Shown: piece after piece, positions 1-9,635 of the stretch
How positions within the stretch are numbered: the first letter of the stretch is position 1
Layout: every line of letters starts with the position of its first letter
From: an uncultured Acidobacteriota bacterium
Lineage (GTDB): Bacteria; Acidobacteriota; Polarisedimenticolia; J045
Direction of reading: 5' to 3'
Length of the DNA: 64,000 bases
NCBI GenBank assembly: GCA_963702425.1
Contig: CAVPCQ010000012.1
Span: 128,001-192,000 of the forward strand
Notes under the pieces: model-generated
What the model saw: the letters and a program-made list of their open reading frames with translations, nothing else
Databases searched by the model: none
Told to the model about the DNA's origin: nothing
Translations under genes and position numbers: made by a program

Positions 1-1113
1 GGCGTCAGCATGAACTGCATCGTCCCCCAACTCGACGCCTGCCTCGACCTGATGTTCTCGATGCTCCGCTCGCCGCGCTTCCAGGAGGACCGGCTCACGG
101 TCGAGAAGGACCAGGTGCTGGAGTCGATGAAGCAGCGCAACGACGACGCGCAGACGATCCTCTCGCGCGAGTGGGGCTGGCTGCTTTACGGCGACAAGGC
201 CTTCACGGCGCGCAAGGCGACGAAGGCCGAACTCGACGCCGTCACGCGCGAGGACCTGGTCGCCTTCCACCGGCAGTGGTGGCGCCCCGAGCCGGGGAAC
301 ATGATCGTGACCGCGTCCGGCGCCGTGAAGGCGAAGGAGATCATCGCCAGGCTCGACCAGCGCTTCGCCGGCTGGGCGCCGACCGGCCCGAAGGTCCGTG
401 GCCGCCGGCGCTCCCGGCCCACGCCTTCAAGCCCGGGCTATATCACGTGGAGAAGGACATCCCGCAGGCGAAGGTCCTGATCGGCCAGCGCGCGCATCCA
501 GTGGGACCCCAAGTGGGAGAACCCGGACGCCTACGCGCTGCAGGTGATGAACGACATCCTCGGGGGCGGCGGCTTCACCTCGCGGATCACCAAGCGGGTG
601 CGCTCCGACGAGGGGCTGGCCTACAGTGCCGGCTCGTCGCTCGGGATCGGCAACTACTGGCCCGGCAGCTTCTCGATCTTCTTCCAGACCAAGAGCCCCA
701 CCGTGGCCTACGCCTCGAAGATCGCGCTCGACGAGGTCCGGTCGGTCCAGGAGAAGGGGGTCAGCGCCGAGGAGATGGCGACCAGCAAGAACCAGTTCGT
801 CGAGACCTTCCCGCAGAACTTCGAGTCGCCCGCCGACATCGTCGGGATCTTCGCGGCCGACGAGTACATCGGCCGCCCGCACGCCTACTGGCCGAAGTAC
901 CGCGAGGCGATCGGCAAGGTGACGGCGGCCGACGTGCAGCGGGTGGCCAGGCAATACCTGAAGCCCGAGGAGATGGCCTTCCTCGTCGTCGGCAAGTGGG
1001 CCGAGATCGAGAAGGGTGACGCCGACGGCAAGGCCTCGATGCAGCAGTTCTTCGGCGGCAAGGCGACCGCGCTCCCGCTGCGCGACCCGCTCACGCTGCA
1101 GCCGCAGAAATAA
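1..1113 (+). CDS. M16 (pitrilysin/PqqL-like) zinc peptidase, C-terminal part, 5'-truncated by window edge; two apparent frameshifts (~397, ~493)
   Basis: ORFs 10..480 and 544..1113 plus the bridging frame (PWPPALPAHAFKPGLYHVEKDIPQAKVLIGQ) reconstruct an M16 C-domain with NDILGGGGFTSRITKRVRSDEGLAYS. Confidence 0.85.
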
Positions 1114-1115
1114 CC

Positions 1116-1188
1116 GTAGGGGCCGGCCTCCGTGCCGGCCCGCACCACCCCAGCCACCGTTCGGGCCGGCACGGAGGCCGGCCCCTAC
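1116..1188. repeat. REP doublet (GTAGGGGCCGGCCTCCGTGCCGGCCC at 1116-1141, inverted copy 1163-1188)
   Basis: Perfect 26-bp inverted pair between convergent genes; GTAG tetranucleotide followed by an internal palindrome. Confidence 0.9.
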
Positions 1189-2435
1189 GATTCCCCGCGC
1201 GAGACGACGACGGCGACCGCCAGGTCGCCCGTGACGTTGAGCGTCGTGCGGCACATGTCGAGGAACCGATCGACCCCCAGGATCACGCCGATCCCCTCGG
1301 GCGGCACCCCCACCATCCCCAGGATCATCGCCACGACCGGCAGCGAGCCGGCGGGAACCCCCGCCGTCCCGATCCCCCCGAGGATCGCGACGAAGCTGAC
1401 CAGCACCTGCTGCGCCAGCGTCAGCTCGACGCCGTAGAACTGGGCCAGGAACAGCACCGTCACCCCCTCGTAGAGCGCGGTGCCGTTCTGGTTGGCGGTC
1501 GAGCCGATCGTCAGCACGAAGCGGCTGACTCGCGCCGGGAGGTGCAGCTCCGCCTCCGCGACCCGCAGCGCGGTCGGAAGTGTGGCGTTGCTCGAGGCGG
1601 TCGAGAAGGCGGTCAGCATCGCCTCCTCGCTCCCCTTGAAGAAGGTCCGCGGGCTCATCCCGCCGCCGAACTTGACCATCGCCGAGTAGACCACCACCAG
1701 CTGGATCGCGAGCGCCAGCACGACCACGCCGACATACCGCGCCAGCTGCCCGAGGACCGCGTAACCCAGCTGGGCCGCCAGCACGAACAGCAGCGCCGCC
1801 ACGCCATACGGCGCGAGCCGGATGACCCAGCCGATCAGGGTCATCGTCACGTCGTAGAGCCCCTGGATCACCTCGAGCAGGCGCCGCGCCCCGTCGCTCT
1901 TCGCCGCGGACAGGCCGATGCCGAACAGCAGCGAGAAGACCATCACCGCGAGCATGTCGCCGTTGGCCGCTGCCCGGAGCGGGTTGTCGGGGACCATCTG
2001 GATCAGCAGGTCGAGGCCGCCGCGCGGGCCGGTCGCGGCGGGGAGCGCCGCGCTGCGCTGGGCGGCGTCCTCGAGCAGCCGCGCGCGCGTGGCCTCGGGG
2101 AGTCCGGCCCCCGGCTGAAGCAGGTTGACGAGCGTGACGCCGATCGCCACCGCGACGGTCGAGGCGACGACCGTCACCGCGAGCGTCTTGAGGCCGACGC
2201 GGCCGACGTGCCTCACGTCGCCGAGCTCGGCCACGCCAAGCACGAGCGACGAGAAGACGAGCGGCAGGACGAGCATGAAGAGCAGCCGCAGGAAGACCTG
2301 GCCGACCGGCTGCGCGACATAGCGGATCGACGCGTCGAGGGCCGGGGTCCCGGCGAGCAGCAGGTTCGCCGCGACCCCCAGCGCCAGCCCGATCGTGGCG
2401 CCGACGAGCATCCGGACGTGCAGCGGCAGCGCCAT
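1185..2435 (-). CDS. Dicarboxylate/amino acid:cation symporter (DAACS, GltP-like)
   Basis: AFSTASSNATLP, TANQNGTALY and GVDRFLDMCRTTLNVTGD motifs; start placed at MALPLH. Confidence 0.93.
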   Translation of the reverse strand: MALPLHVRMLVGATIGLALGVAANLLLAGTPALDASIRYVAQPVGQVFLRLLFMLVLPLVFSSLVLGVAELGDVRHVGRVGLKTLAVTVVASTVAVAIGVTLVNLLQPGAGLPEATRARLLEDAAQRSAALPAATGPRGGLDLLIQMVPDNPLRAAANGDMLAVMVFSLLFGIGLSAAKSDGARRLLEVIQGLYDVTMTLIGWVIRLAPYGVAALLFVLAAQLGYAVLGQLARYVGVVVLALAIQLVVVYSAMVKFGGGMSPRTFFKGSEEAMLTAFSTASSNATLPTALRVAEAELHLPARVSRFVLTIGSTANQNGTALYEGVTVLFLAQFYGVELTLAQQVLVSFVAILGGIGTAGVPAGSLPVVAMILGMVGVPPEGIGVILGVDRFLDMCRTTLNVTGDLAVAVVVSRGES

Positions 2436-2546
2436 CCCTCGCCTCCCGGCCGGCGGGGACTTTACCTCGGATCGTCCTCGAAGGGTCGGAGCGACGGCAA
2501 CGCACAAGAATCGCCCGACGGCGCCCGGTATCGCTCCGCGCCCGCG

Positions 2547-2975
2547 TCAGTTGTGGCGCATCCTCGCGCAGGCCTCGCAGAGCCCGGTCAGCTCGACCCG
2601 GGCCCGCTCGATCGCGAAGTTCTGCATCCGGATCTTGTCGACGCAGCGGTGGAACTCCGGCAGCGCCTCCACGTCGACGATCCGGTTGCAGGCGCGACAG
2701 CGGGCGTGGAAGTGCTCGTCGACGCGGGACTCGAAGTGCGCCGTCCCGTCGCCTCCGGTCACCCTCTGCGCCACGCCCGACTCGACGAGCGACTCGAGCG
2801 CCTTGTACACGGTCGCCAGGCTGATCCGCGGCAACTCCTCGCGGACCGAGTGGAAGACGTCTTCCGCCGTGGGATGACCGTGCAGCGTTTCGAGATGCTC
2901 GTAGACGGCCCGTCGTTGTCGGGTGGACCGAAACCCGGCCTGTTCGAGAACCTGATCGAAACCCAGTTCCGGCAT
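2547..2975 (-). CDS. Fur-family transcriptional regulator, PerR-like
   Basis: HPTAEDV, SLATVYKAL, HFHARCRAC and GLCEAC motifs. Confidence 0.9.
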   Translation of the reverse strand: MPELGFDQVLEQAGFRSTRQRRAVYEHLETLHGHPTAEDVFHSVREELPRISLATVYKALESLVESGVAQRVTGGDGTAHFESRVDEHFHARCRACNRIVDVEALPEFHRCVDKIRMQNFAIERARVELTGLCEACARMRHN

Positions 2976-3143
2976 GGGTCCTCCTCCCTGCCCGAACTGC
3001 CCCCCAGTCGGCCGGCGAGTTCTCTCGCCGAGGAAGACCGTACGCCCGACCCGGGTCGGGAATCAACGCCAACACGGGATTTTTCTCGATTAGTCGTGCC
3101 GAGGCGTCCCGCCCCCGTCGAGGCGCCTTACGGCGCGGGGCGG

Positions 3144-4613
3144 TCAGTTTCCGTCCGATTGCGCGGTGAGCCGCTCGGCCTCGACCTGGAGCAGCTCCCG
3201 CTCGTCGATGTCACCGGTCGGGTAGCGGCCCGAGAAGCAGGCGTGACAGGTGTCCTCCGGCGGATCCGGGGACTCCGACCGGACCGACGCGATGAGGTCG
3301 TCCAGCTCCTGGTAGATCACCGCCTCGGCCCCGAGCAGCTCCGCGACCTGCTCGACCGTCCGCCCCCGCGCCACGAACTCCTTCCGCGTCGACATGTCGA
3401 TCCCGTAGACACAGGGATGCAGGAGCGGCGGCGCCGTCGAGGCGAGGATCACCTTGCTGGCCCCCGCCTCGCGCACCATCTCGATGATCTGCCGCGCAGT
3501 CGTCCCGCGTACGATCGAGTCGTCGACCAGCAGCACCGCCCGGCCGCGCACCTCGGACCCGATGATGTTGAGCTTGTGCCGCACCGAGCGCCGGCGCGCT
3601 GCGTCGCCCGGCATGATGAAGGTCCGGCCGACGTAGCGATTCTTGACCAGCGCCTCGCGGAACGGCAGGTCGAGGGCGCGCGCCATCTCCAGCGCCGCCG
3701 AGCGCGACGACTCGGGCACCGGCACCACGATGTCGGCGGTGACCCCCATCCGCCGGGCCTTGGCCGCCAGCGCGCGTCCCATCCGCTCGCGCGCGCGGTA
3801 GACCGATACGCCGTCGAGCGTGCTGTCCGGCCGGGCAAAGTAGACGTGCTCGAAGATGCAGGGGCGGAAGGTCGCCGTCGGTGCGACGCGCTCGATCAGG
3901 ACCTCGCCGTTCGCCTTCACGAACAGCGCCTCGCCGGCGCGCGGCCGGTGCTCGACCTCGTAGCCGAGGGTTTCGAGCACGACGCTCTCCGAGGCCACGG
4001 CGTAGACCGTCCGCCCGTCGCGGCGAACCCGCCGCCCAAAGCAGATCGGCTTGATGCCGAACGGGTCGCGGAAGGCGAAGAGCCCCTCGCCCGCGATGAA
4101 GCCGACCACGGAGTAGGCCCCCTTGACCTGGGCGAAGACCTCCGCCACCGCGGCCCAGTAGACCTCGGTCGAGAACGAGCCGCCGGCGCTCTGCCGCGCC
4201 AGCGCGTCGGCGAACACCGACAGGATCACCTCGACGTCGCAGCTCGACAGCAGCTGCCGCCTCACCCGCTCCCGGAGGTGGTGCTTCAGGTCGGCGTAGT
4301 TCGCGACGTTGCCGTTGTGCGCCATCGCGATCCCGAAGGGGTGCGTGGCGACGAACGGCTGTGCATCCTCGACGGCGCCGGCACCCACGGTCGGGTAGCG
4401 CACGTGCCCGATGGCGTACTCCCCGCCCACGCCGGCCATCGTCTCGGGGGTGAAGACGTCGCGGACCAGGCCCATCGCCTTGCGCAGGTGGAACCGCCCG
4501 TTCCAGGTGACGATGCCGGCCGCGTCCTGGCCGCGATGCTGGATCGCGAGCAGGCCGTCGTGAATCTCGCGCACCGGGTCTTCGGTTCCGATGATCCCGA
4601 GGAAGCCGCACAT
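3144..4613 (-). CDS. purF: Amidophosphoribosyltransferase
   Basis: N-terminal MCG, QHRGQDAAGI, LLVDDSIVRGTT PRPP-binding loop, four likely Fe-S cysteines. Confidence 0.97.
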   Translation of the reverse strand: MCGFLGIIGTEDPVREIHDGLLAIQHRGQDAAGIVTWNGRFHLRKAMGLVRDVFTPETMAGVGGEYAIGHVRYPTVGAGAVEDAQPFVATHPFGIAMAHNGNVANYADLKHHLRERVRRQLLSSCDVEVILSVFADALARQSAGGSFSTEVYWAAVAEVFAQVKGAYSVVGFIAGEGLFAFRDPFGIKPICFGRRVRRDGRTVYAVASESVVLETLGYEVEHRPRAGEALFVKANGEVLIERVAPTATFRPCIFEHVYFARPDSTLDGVSVYRARERMGRALAAKARRMGVTADIVVPVPESSRSAALEMARALDLPFREALVKNRYVGRTFIMPGDAARRRSVRHKLNIIGSEVRGRAVLLVDDSIVRGTTARQIIEMVREAGASKVILASTAPPLLHPCVYGIDMSTRKEFVARGRTVEQVAELLGAEAVIYQELDDLIASVRSESPDPPEDTCHACFSGRYPTGDIDERELLQVEAERLTAQSDGN

Positions 4614-4664
4614 GGGAGGGATACCTCCGGGGAGAACGCGTCGCGGTGGGACGCAGGAGCCGCG

Positions 4665-5684
4665 TCAGGGAATCCAGAGAAAGTCGCCCGGGGCGCCGGC
4701 GAGGGGAAACTCCGATTCGCGGACCGGGGCCGGTCCGTCGATGCGCACGATCGCCACCCGCTTGGACTCCGGGAAGTAGAGCGCCGCACGGGCGTCGTCC
4801 GGACTGACCGCGATCTCCCGCGGCGCGGTCTCGAAGACCAGCCGCCCGGTCTCCTCGCGCGTCGCGGCATCGAGAATGATCAGCGCCCGCGCCCCGCCGC
4901 TGGTCACGAGCGCGCGGCGGCCGCTCGCCGTGAAGGCGATCCCCTGCGGGAACGGAATCTGCCCGAAGCGCTCGACGACCGGCTCCCCTTCCGCCGGGAG
5001 CCGCACGGCGGCCAGCTGGCCGGCGGGATTGAGCGCGTACCAGGCTTCCGGCGCGCCCGGGCGCGCCGCCACGGCTTCCGGGGTCGGGCCGAGTTCGACC
5101 GGCGTCGAGTACTGCGTGTCGAGGATGGCGGCGGTCGGCGTGCCGCGGAAGGCGACGGCAACCGCCTCGCGGCCGGAGATTGCGGCGAGCTGTGTCGGCC
5201 AACCCCAGGCGACCACCATCGAACCGAGTGGCGCCTCGTACGGCGGCCGCAGCACGTAGACCGCGCGGTGCGCCTGGGCGCTCATCCACATCGTGCCGTT
5301 GCCATCGAAGGCCACGGCGCGCGGCGCGCAGCGCGCGCAGGCGGAGATGTCGCGCAGCTTGATCATCCGCGCCGCATCGATCTCGGCGATCGTCGAACCG
5401 GGAATGTCCTCGACGCCCCGCGCCGCGGCGTAGATCTTCCCGTCGTACAGCGCCAGTCCGCGCGGGCCGTGGGCGGTGGGCGCGCGTCCGACGATCCGCC
5501 CCGTGGTCTCGAGGAAGACGACCTCGGCCTGATCGAGCATCGACACCACGAGCCGCCCGGGCGCGGGAGCCGCCGCCGTCGCCTCATCGGCCGCCGCCGC
5601 GGGAAGCGCGGCGAGTCCGACCACGGCGGCCGCGGCCAGGGCGAGCGGAACGAGCGAGCGGCGACGCATCGGGGTGCCAGCCAT
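4665..5684 (-). CDS. Secreted YVTN/YncE-like beta-propeller protein
   Basis: Signal peptide, repeats such as GPRGLAL, APRAVAF, FPQGIAF, APREIAVSPD; RBS AAGGAGG upstream. Confidence 0.75.
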   Translation of the reverse strand: MAGTPMRRRSLVPLALAAAAVVGLAALPAAAADEATAAAPAPGRLVVSMLDQAEVVFLETTGRIVGRAPTAHGPRGLALYDGKIYAAARGVEDIPGSTIAEIDAARMIKLRDISACARCAPRAVAFDGNGTMWMSAQAHRAVYVLRPPYEAPLGSMVVAWGWPTQLAAISGREAVAVAFRGTPTAAILDTQYSTPVELGPTPEAVAARPGAPEAWYALNPAGQLAAVRLPAEGEPVVERFGQIPFPQGIAFTASGRRALVTSGGARALIILDAATREETGRLVFETAPREIAVSPDDARAALYFPESKRVAIVRIDGPAPVRESEFPLAGAPGDFLWIP

Positions 5685-5869
5685 CGAGCCTCCTTCGAGG
5701 GGGATTGTGCCGTGTCCGGGCGCCGGCACCAAGTCGGACGATTCCGTTCGCCGGCGTCCGGCCCGTTTCCGGGGACGGGGCCCCGGCATTTCCGCGTTGC
5801 GCTGCGAACGATTGCCCGTAGCTTGCGAGGCACCGGCGGCGTCCGGGGAGGACGCCGCAAGGAGCGCAC

Positions 5870-6619
5870 TTGCACGCTTCGAGCCGATGGGTACGACAGG
5901 CGCCGACCTGCGCCGTGCTCGCGGCGACGCTCGCTGCCGGGCCGGTGTTCGCCGGGACCTCGTCGCCCGTACCCGTTTCGCCGCTGTCCGATATTGTTGC
6001 CGCGGGGACGCGGCTCCCCGAGGCCCCCCGCGATCCGTTGACCCCTTTCCACCTCGGGCTCGGCGCAACGATGTCCGACGTGACGCGCGTGACCTCGGCG
6101 GAAGTACGGGGCGAGTTGCGCTCCAACCGGGAGCGATACGTGCACCTTGGGATGTCCGCGGCGGCCTCGCTCGACGAGGCGGCGTTCCGCGGCCCGTCCG
6201 GGCTTCCGGTGCTCGACGGGGATTTCTTCTTCCACGACGGGCAGAAGCTGGTCGAGGCGACCTTTCTGCTCGAGTCCCCCGCCGGCGCCGACGAGGCCCG
6301 GGACGCGATGCGCCGCTCCCTCGGCCAGCCCTCGTTCAGCGTGACGCTCCCGGCCGGCGGCGCCGAACTCGTCGGATGGCGGACCGGCCAGGGCTACGTC
6401 CTCGCGACCTTCAGCGACCTGCCGGTCTTCCGCGTCAGCGTCTTCCCCGACCGTCGCGCCGACGTCTTCGCCGGCTCGCAGATTCTGCTGTTCGAGGGGC
6501 TGCAGCGCTTCCACGACCGGCTCGCGGCCGGCGACGCGCCGTCGGCCCTGCTCGACGAGCTGATGCGCGTGTTCTCAGGTGCGAACTCGGCGCGCTCGCA
6601 GGTGGAGCGGATCCGCTAG
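5870..6619 (+). CDS. Hypothetical exported protein
   Basis: TTG start after AAGGAG, signal-peptide-like N-terminus, coding-like composition. Confidence 0.6.
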   Translation: MHASSRWVRQAPTCAVLAATLAAGPVFAGTSSPVPVSPLSDIVAAGTRLPEAPRDPLTPFHLGLGATMSDVTRVTSAEVRGELRSNRERYVHLGMSAAASLDEAAFRGPSGLPVLDGDFFFHDGQKLVEATFLLESPAGADEARDAMRRSLGQPSFSVTLPAGGAELVGWRTGQGYVLATFSDLPVFRVSVFPDRRADVFAGSQILLFEGLQRFHDRLAAGDAPSALLDELMRVFSGANSARSQVERIR

Positions 6620-6634
6620 CCCCTTCCCGCCCCC

Positions 6635-8128
6635 CTACGCACCCCCCGGAAGCAGCTGCTCGGCCCGCTCGAAGAGTGCCGCGAGGCGAGCGCGGGCAGC
6701 GGCCAGCGCCTGCGCCTCGGCCGTCGCTCCGGCTCCGGATTCCACCGCCGACCGCCAGGCGGTGCCCAGCAGCAGGTCCACGAACGGATCGCCCGGCTCG
6801 GCGAGTGCCAGCGCGATGGCGACGCCGCGCGGATCGCCCTCGATCCGGGCCAGCAACGACTCCAGGCGCTCGCGCTCGAGACGCAGCGGCGCCCGAGCGG
6901 GCGCGGGCGCCGCTGCGCTTGCCAGCGCCGCCGCGAACGCGCCCGCGACGACGCGCGGCAGGTGCGGGAGGATTCGCGCCGCGGCGAGCGCCTGCATCCC
7001 GGCGACGCGCGCCCCCCCGGTCGCGATCGCCAGGAACCGAGCCCGCGGCTCGCGGGCGTGGACCGCCCGCAGCACGTCCTCGGTCTGCTCGCGGTAGGAG
7101 ACGAGCTCGGAGGTCGCCGACAGCGTCTCGCCCTGCCACCCCGCGACCGCCATCGTTCCCGCGCCGGCGTGATCCGCCTCGTGCGAGCCGGCGCCGGCGA
7201 CGTAGTAGCCGGTCGCGGCGCGCGCGAAATCGAGCCCCGCCGCCATAACCGGGACGCCGCCGAGGAGCCACGCCAGCACCAGCGACGTGGTGCCGACATT
7301 CCCTGCGCACGGAAGGATCGAACCGTCGGCCGTGGCGGGGGCCAGCCAGCGCGAGGCGTGCGAGTGGAAGAAGAGGCGCGCCGCGCAGGGGAGCGCGAGG
7401 TGATCGGGGTGGGTGCTGGCCGCCACGACCAGCACGGCCCCGCGGAGCAGCTCTTCCGGCACGCCGTCGAACTGGCGCACCGAGGAGCGCCCCTCGAGAA
7501 GCGTCACGAGGTCGGGCGCGATTCCGGCGCGCGCCAGCGGCCGCACCGCCGAGCCGGCCGCGACGAGCAGGAAGCGGTCGCGCCAGGCCCGCAGCTCGTC
7601 GAGCACGGTGGCGAGCGACGGTCCCGCGCCGGCGACGACGATCGGCGTGCCCGCCAGCCGTCCCGCCAGGTTCGCGACCGATGCGCCGCGTATCACGAGC
7701 GGGAGATTCGCGGCGACGTTGTCGAGCCAGAGCGTGCCCAGCTCGCGCTGCGTGACCGCCTCGACCTCCGCCGTGCGCCGCGCCCAGGCCACGAGCGCCT
7801 CGAAGTCGCGGGCGTCCGGCGCGCCCGGCACCAGCTCGTCGGGAGGATCGGCCCGGAAGACGTCGACTCCCAGCGCGAGCAGCCGCGCGGCGCGCGCGGC
7901 AAACCGTTGCGGGTCGGGCTCCACGATCAGCCGGCCGGCGCGGTCCGGCGTGTGCGGCGCGGCGGGGCCGCCGTGGGCCAGCACCACCGTCCGCGGGGCG
8001 AGCGCGGCCAGCGCGGCCGCGACCTCCCCGGCACCCCGCGCGAGGATCGCCTCCGGCTCCGCGGCCTGGCGGGCACGCCACGCACCGACCCAGGCGCGCG
8101 CCTCACCATCGAGCGCGACCGGCGTCAC
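6635..8128 (-). CDS. Motility-associated factor (Maf) / DUF115 MptE-like protein
   Basis: WLDNVAANL, VVAGAGPSL, GIAPDLV and AGLDFA motifs; GTG start estimated. Confidence 0.75.
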   Translation of the reverse strand: MTPVALDGEARAWVGAWRARQAAEPEAILARGAGEVAAALAALAPRTVVLAHGGPAAPHTPDRAGRLIVEPDPQRFAARAARLLALGVDVFRADPPDELVPGAPDARDFEALVAWARRTAEVEAVTQRELGTLWLDNVAANLPLVIRGASVANLAGRLAGTPIVVAGAGPSLATVLDELRAWRDRFLLVAAGSAVRPLARAGIAPDLVTLLEGRSSVRQFDGVPEELLRGAVLVVAASTHPDHLALPCAARLFFHSHASRWLAPATADGSILPCAGNVGTTSLVLAWLLGGVPVMAAGLDFARAATGYYVAGAGSHEADHAGAGTMAVAGWQGETLSATSELVSYREQTEDVLRAVHAREPRARFLAIATGGARVAGMQALAAARILPHLPRVVAGAFAAALASAAAPAPARAPLRLERERLESLLARIEGDPRGVAIALALAEPGDPFVDLLLGTAWRSAVESGAGATAEAQALAAARARLAALFERAEQLLPGGA

Positions 8129-8141
8129 GGCCCGGCCAGCC

Positions 8142-8567
8142 TCAGGCGGTGCCGAGAACGGGCACCGCGCGCGACGCGAGCAACTGGCGCCAGCGCGGCA
8201 CGACCGCGGAGAAGGGGCCCTCCAGCGCTTCGGCGAGCGCGGGCCAGTCGTGCGTCTCCTGGGCCGCGACGATCGCACGCAGCGGCGCGACGACCGGCTC
8301 CAGCTCGGCGGCGTGCTCGCGCGGGTCGTACCCCAGCGCCCGGTCGAGGTCGACGATCAACTCCAGAACGGCCTTCATCCCCTCGAGCATGTTGGCGAGA
8401 TCGGGCAGCGCAGCGAGCGCGCCCTCCCCGCGCAGCGTGGCCGCGAGCGCCGGCGTTTCCCGCTCCACGATGTCGAGAAAGGCATGAGCCGTCCCCAGGA
8501 CCCGCTCGGCGAGGGCCTGCACGTCGTCGTCGGAGGGGGGGGTCTCGCCGGCCTGGAAAGCGCTCAT
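8142..8567 (-). CDS. Hypothetical helical protein upstream of the Maf gene
   Basis: RBS AGGAG, 141 aa, QETHDWPALAEALE resembles small proteins of flagellin-glycosylation loci. Confidence 0.65.
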   Translation of the reverse strand: MSAFQAGETPPSDDDVQALAERVLGTAHAFLDIVERETPALAATLRGEGALAALPDLANMLEGMKAVLELIVDLDRALGYDPREHAAELEPVVAPLRAIVAAQETHDWPALAEALEGPFSAVVPRWRQLLASRAVPVLGTA

Positions 8568-8816
8568 CGATCGGTCTCCTGCGGGCGCGACAGCGACCCG
8601 GCACTCCGGCGGCGGGAGCGTCAACGCTCCGACGCCGGGAGGGGCCGGCTTCGTGGGCCGGTGCCGATCCAGCGCGCTCGTCTCCTGCCAAGTCTCGGTC
8701 CCGCAGAGACTTAGCCTCCGACAGGAGGCCTCACACGCGGGTGCCGGCGACGCGGCGCCTCACCTCACTGCATCCGGCGTGCCATGGCCCTTAGAATGCC
8801 CGCCTCCGGAGCGTGC

Positions 8817-9635
8817 ATGCCGATCTTCCGTTCTCGCGTCGTCCCCGTACTCGCCGCGGCGCTGGCCTGTTTGCTGCTCGGTCCGCGCCCGGCCGCGGCC
8901 TTCTCTCCGGCGACTCGGACCGAGCTGGTCAAGCGGGCGATCACGCTGATGCCGCCGTCGCTCGCGCGGCAGCTCAAGAAGCATGAGCGGGCGCTGTTGG
9001 AAGGGGCGCTCGAGGGGATGGAGCAGTGCAACGGGACCGGCGCCCACGGCGCCGCGCCGGGGAACGCGGACGCCCGGCTGGTGTCCGCGATCGACGAGAC
9101 GGTCGCGCTGATCGACCGCCGCGAGCGGATGGCCGACGTCGCGCGGTCCCTCGGCCGCGTGGCGCACGCCGCGATCGATCTCTCGTTCGCGCTGAACTCG
9201 GGACCCGACGATCCGCGCGAGCGGTCCTACTACCGGGAATTCGCGCTCTACGTCGAGAAGTCGCTCCCCAAGGTGCGCCTCACCTTTCCCGGCTGGACCG
9301 ACGACGATCTCGGGCGGCGCGACCTGCCGGGGTTCGCGCGCCGGACGACCGCCGCGGCGCGACGCGACGCGGCGGCGATCGCCGGCAGTTATTACCCGGA
9401 AGGTCGATCGCGTTCCCCGCAGGACTTCGACGATCGGTCGGTCGCATTCGCTGCGGCCTCGCTGGAGGCCTCGCTCGCCCTCTCCACGACCGCCAAGGCC
9501 TGGCTGTACGCCTGGTGGAGCGCCCACGGGGACCTCGCCGGCACGCCCCACCTCGACCCCGGACTCGTCCATAATCCCTTTGCCCACCCGTCCGGCGACC
9601 CCCCCGCTGCGGGACGCCAGGAGTCAGCCCGATGA
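8817..9635 (+). CDS. Secreted all-helical protein, possibly phospholipase C/S1-P1 nuclease fold
   Basis: Signal peptide ending AAA-F, LGRVAHAAIDL helix motif; stop overlaps purH start (ATGA). Confidence 0.6.
   Translation: MPIFRSRVVPVLAAALACLLLGPRPAAAFSPATRTELVKRAITLMPPSLARQLKKHERALLEGALEGMEQCNGTGAHGAAPGNADARLVSAIDETVALIDRRERMADVARSLGRVAHAAIDLSFALNSGPDDPRERSYYREFALYVEKSLPKVRLTFPGWTDDDLGRRDLPGFARRTTAAARRDAAAIAGSYYPEGRSRSPQDFDDRSVAFAAASLEASLALSTTAKAWLYAWWSAHGDLAGTPHLDPGLVHNPFAHPSGDPPAAGRQESAR

Noticed and set aside
3040-3100. Fur/Per box upstream of the Fur-family gene
   Set aside because: The stretch is AT-richer but has no convincing inverted repeat.
427-6041. Very long ORFs such as 427..3075, 1542..6041, 32588..36673 and 60950..63979
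   Set aside because: Arg/Gly/Pro-rich shadow or antisense frames of real genes, expected at this GC content.
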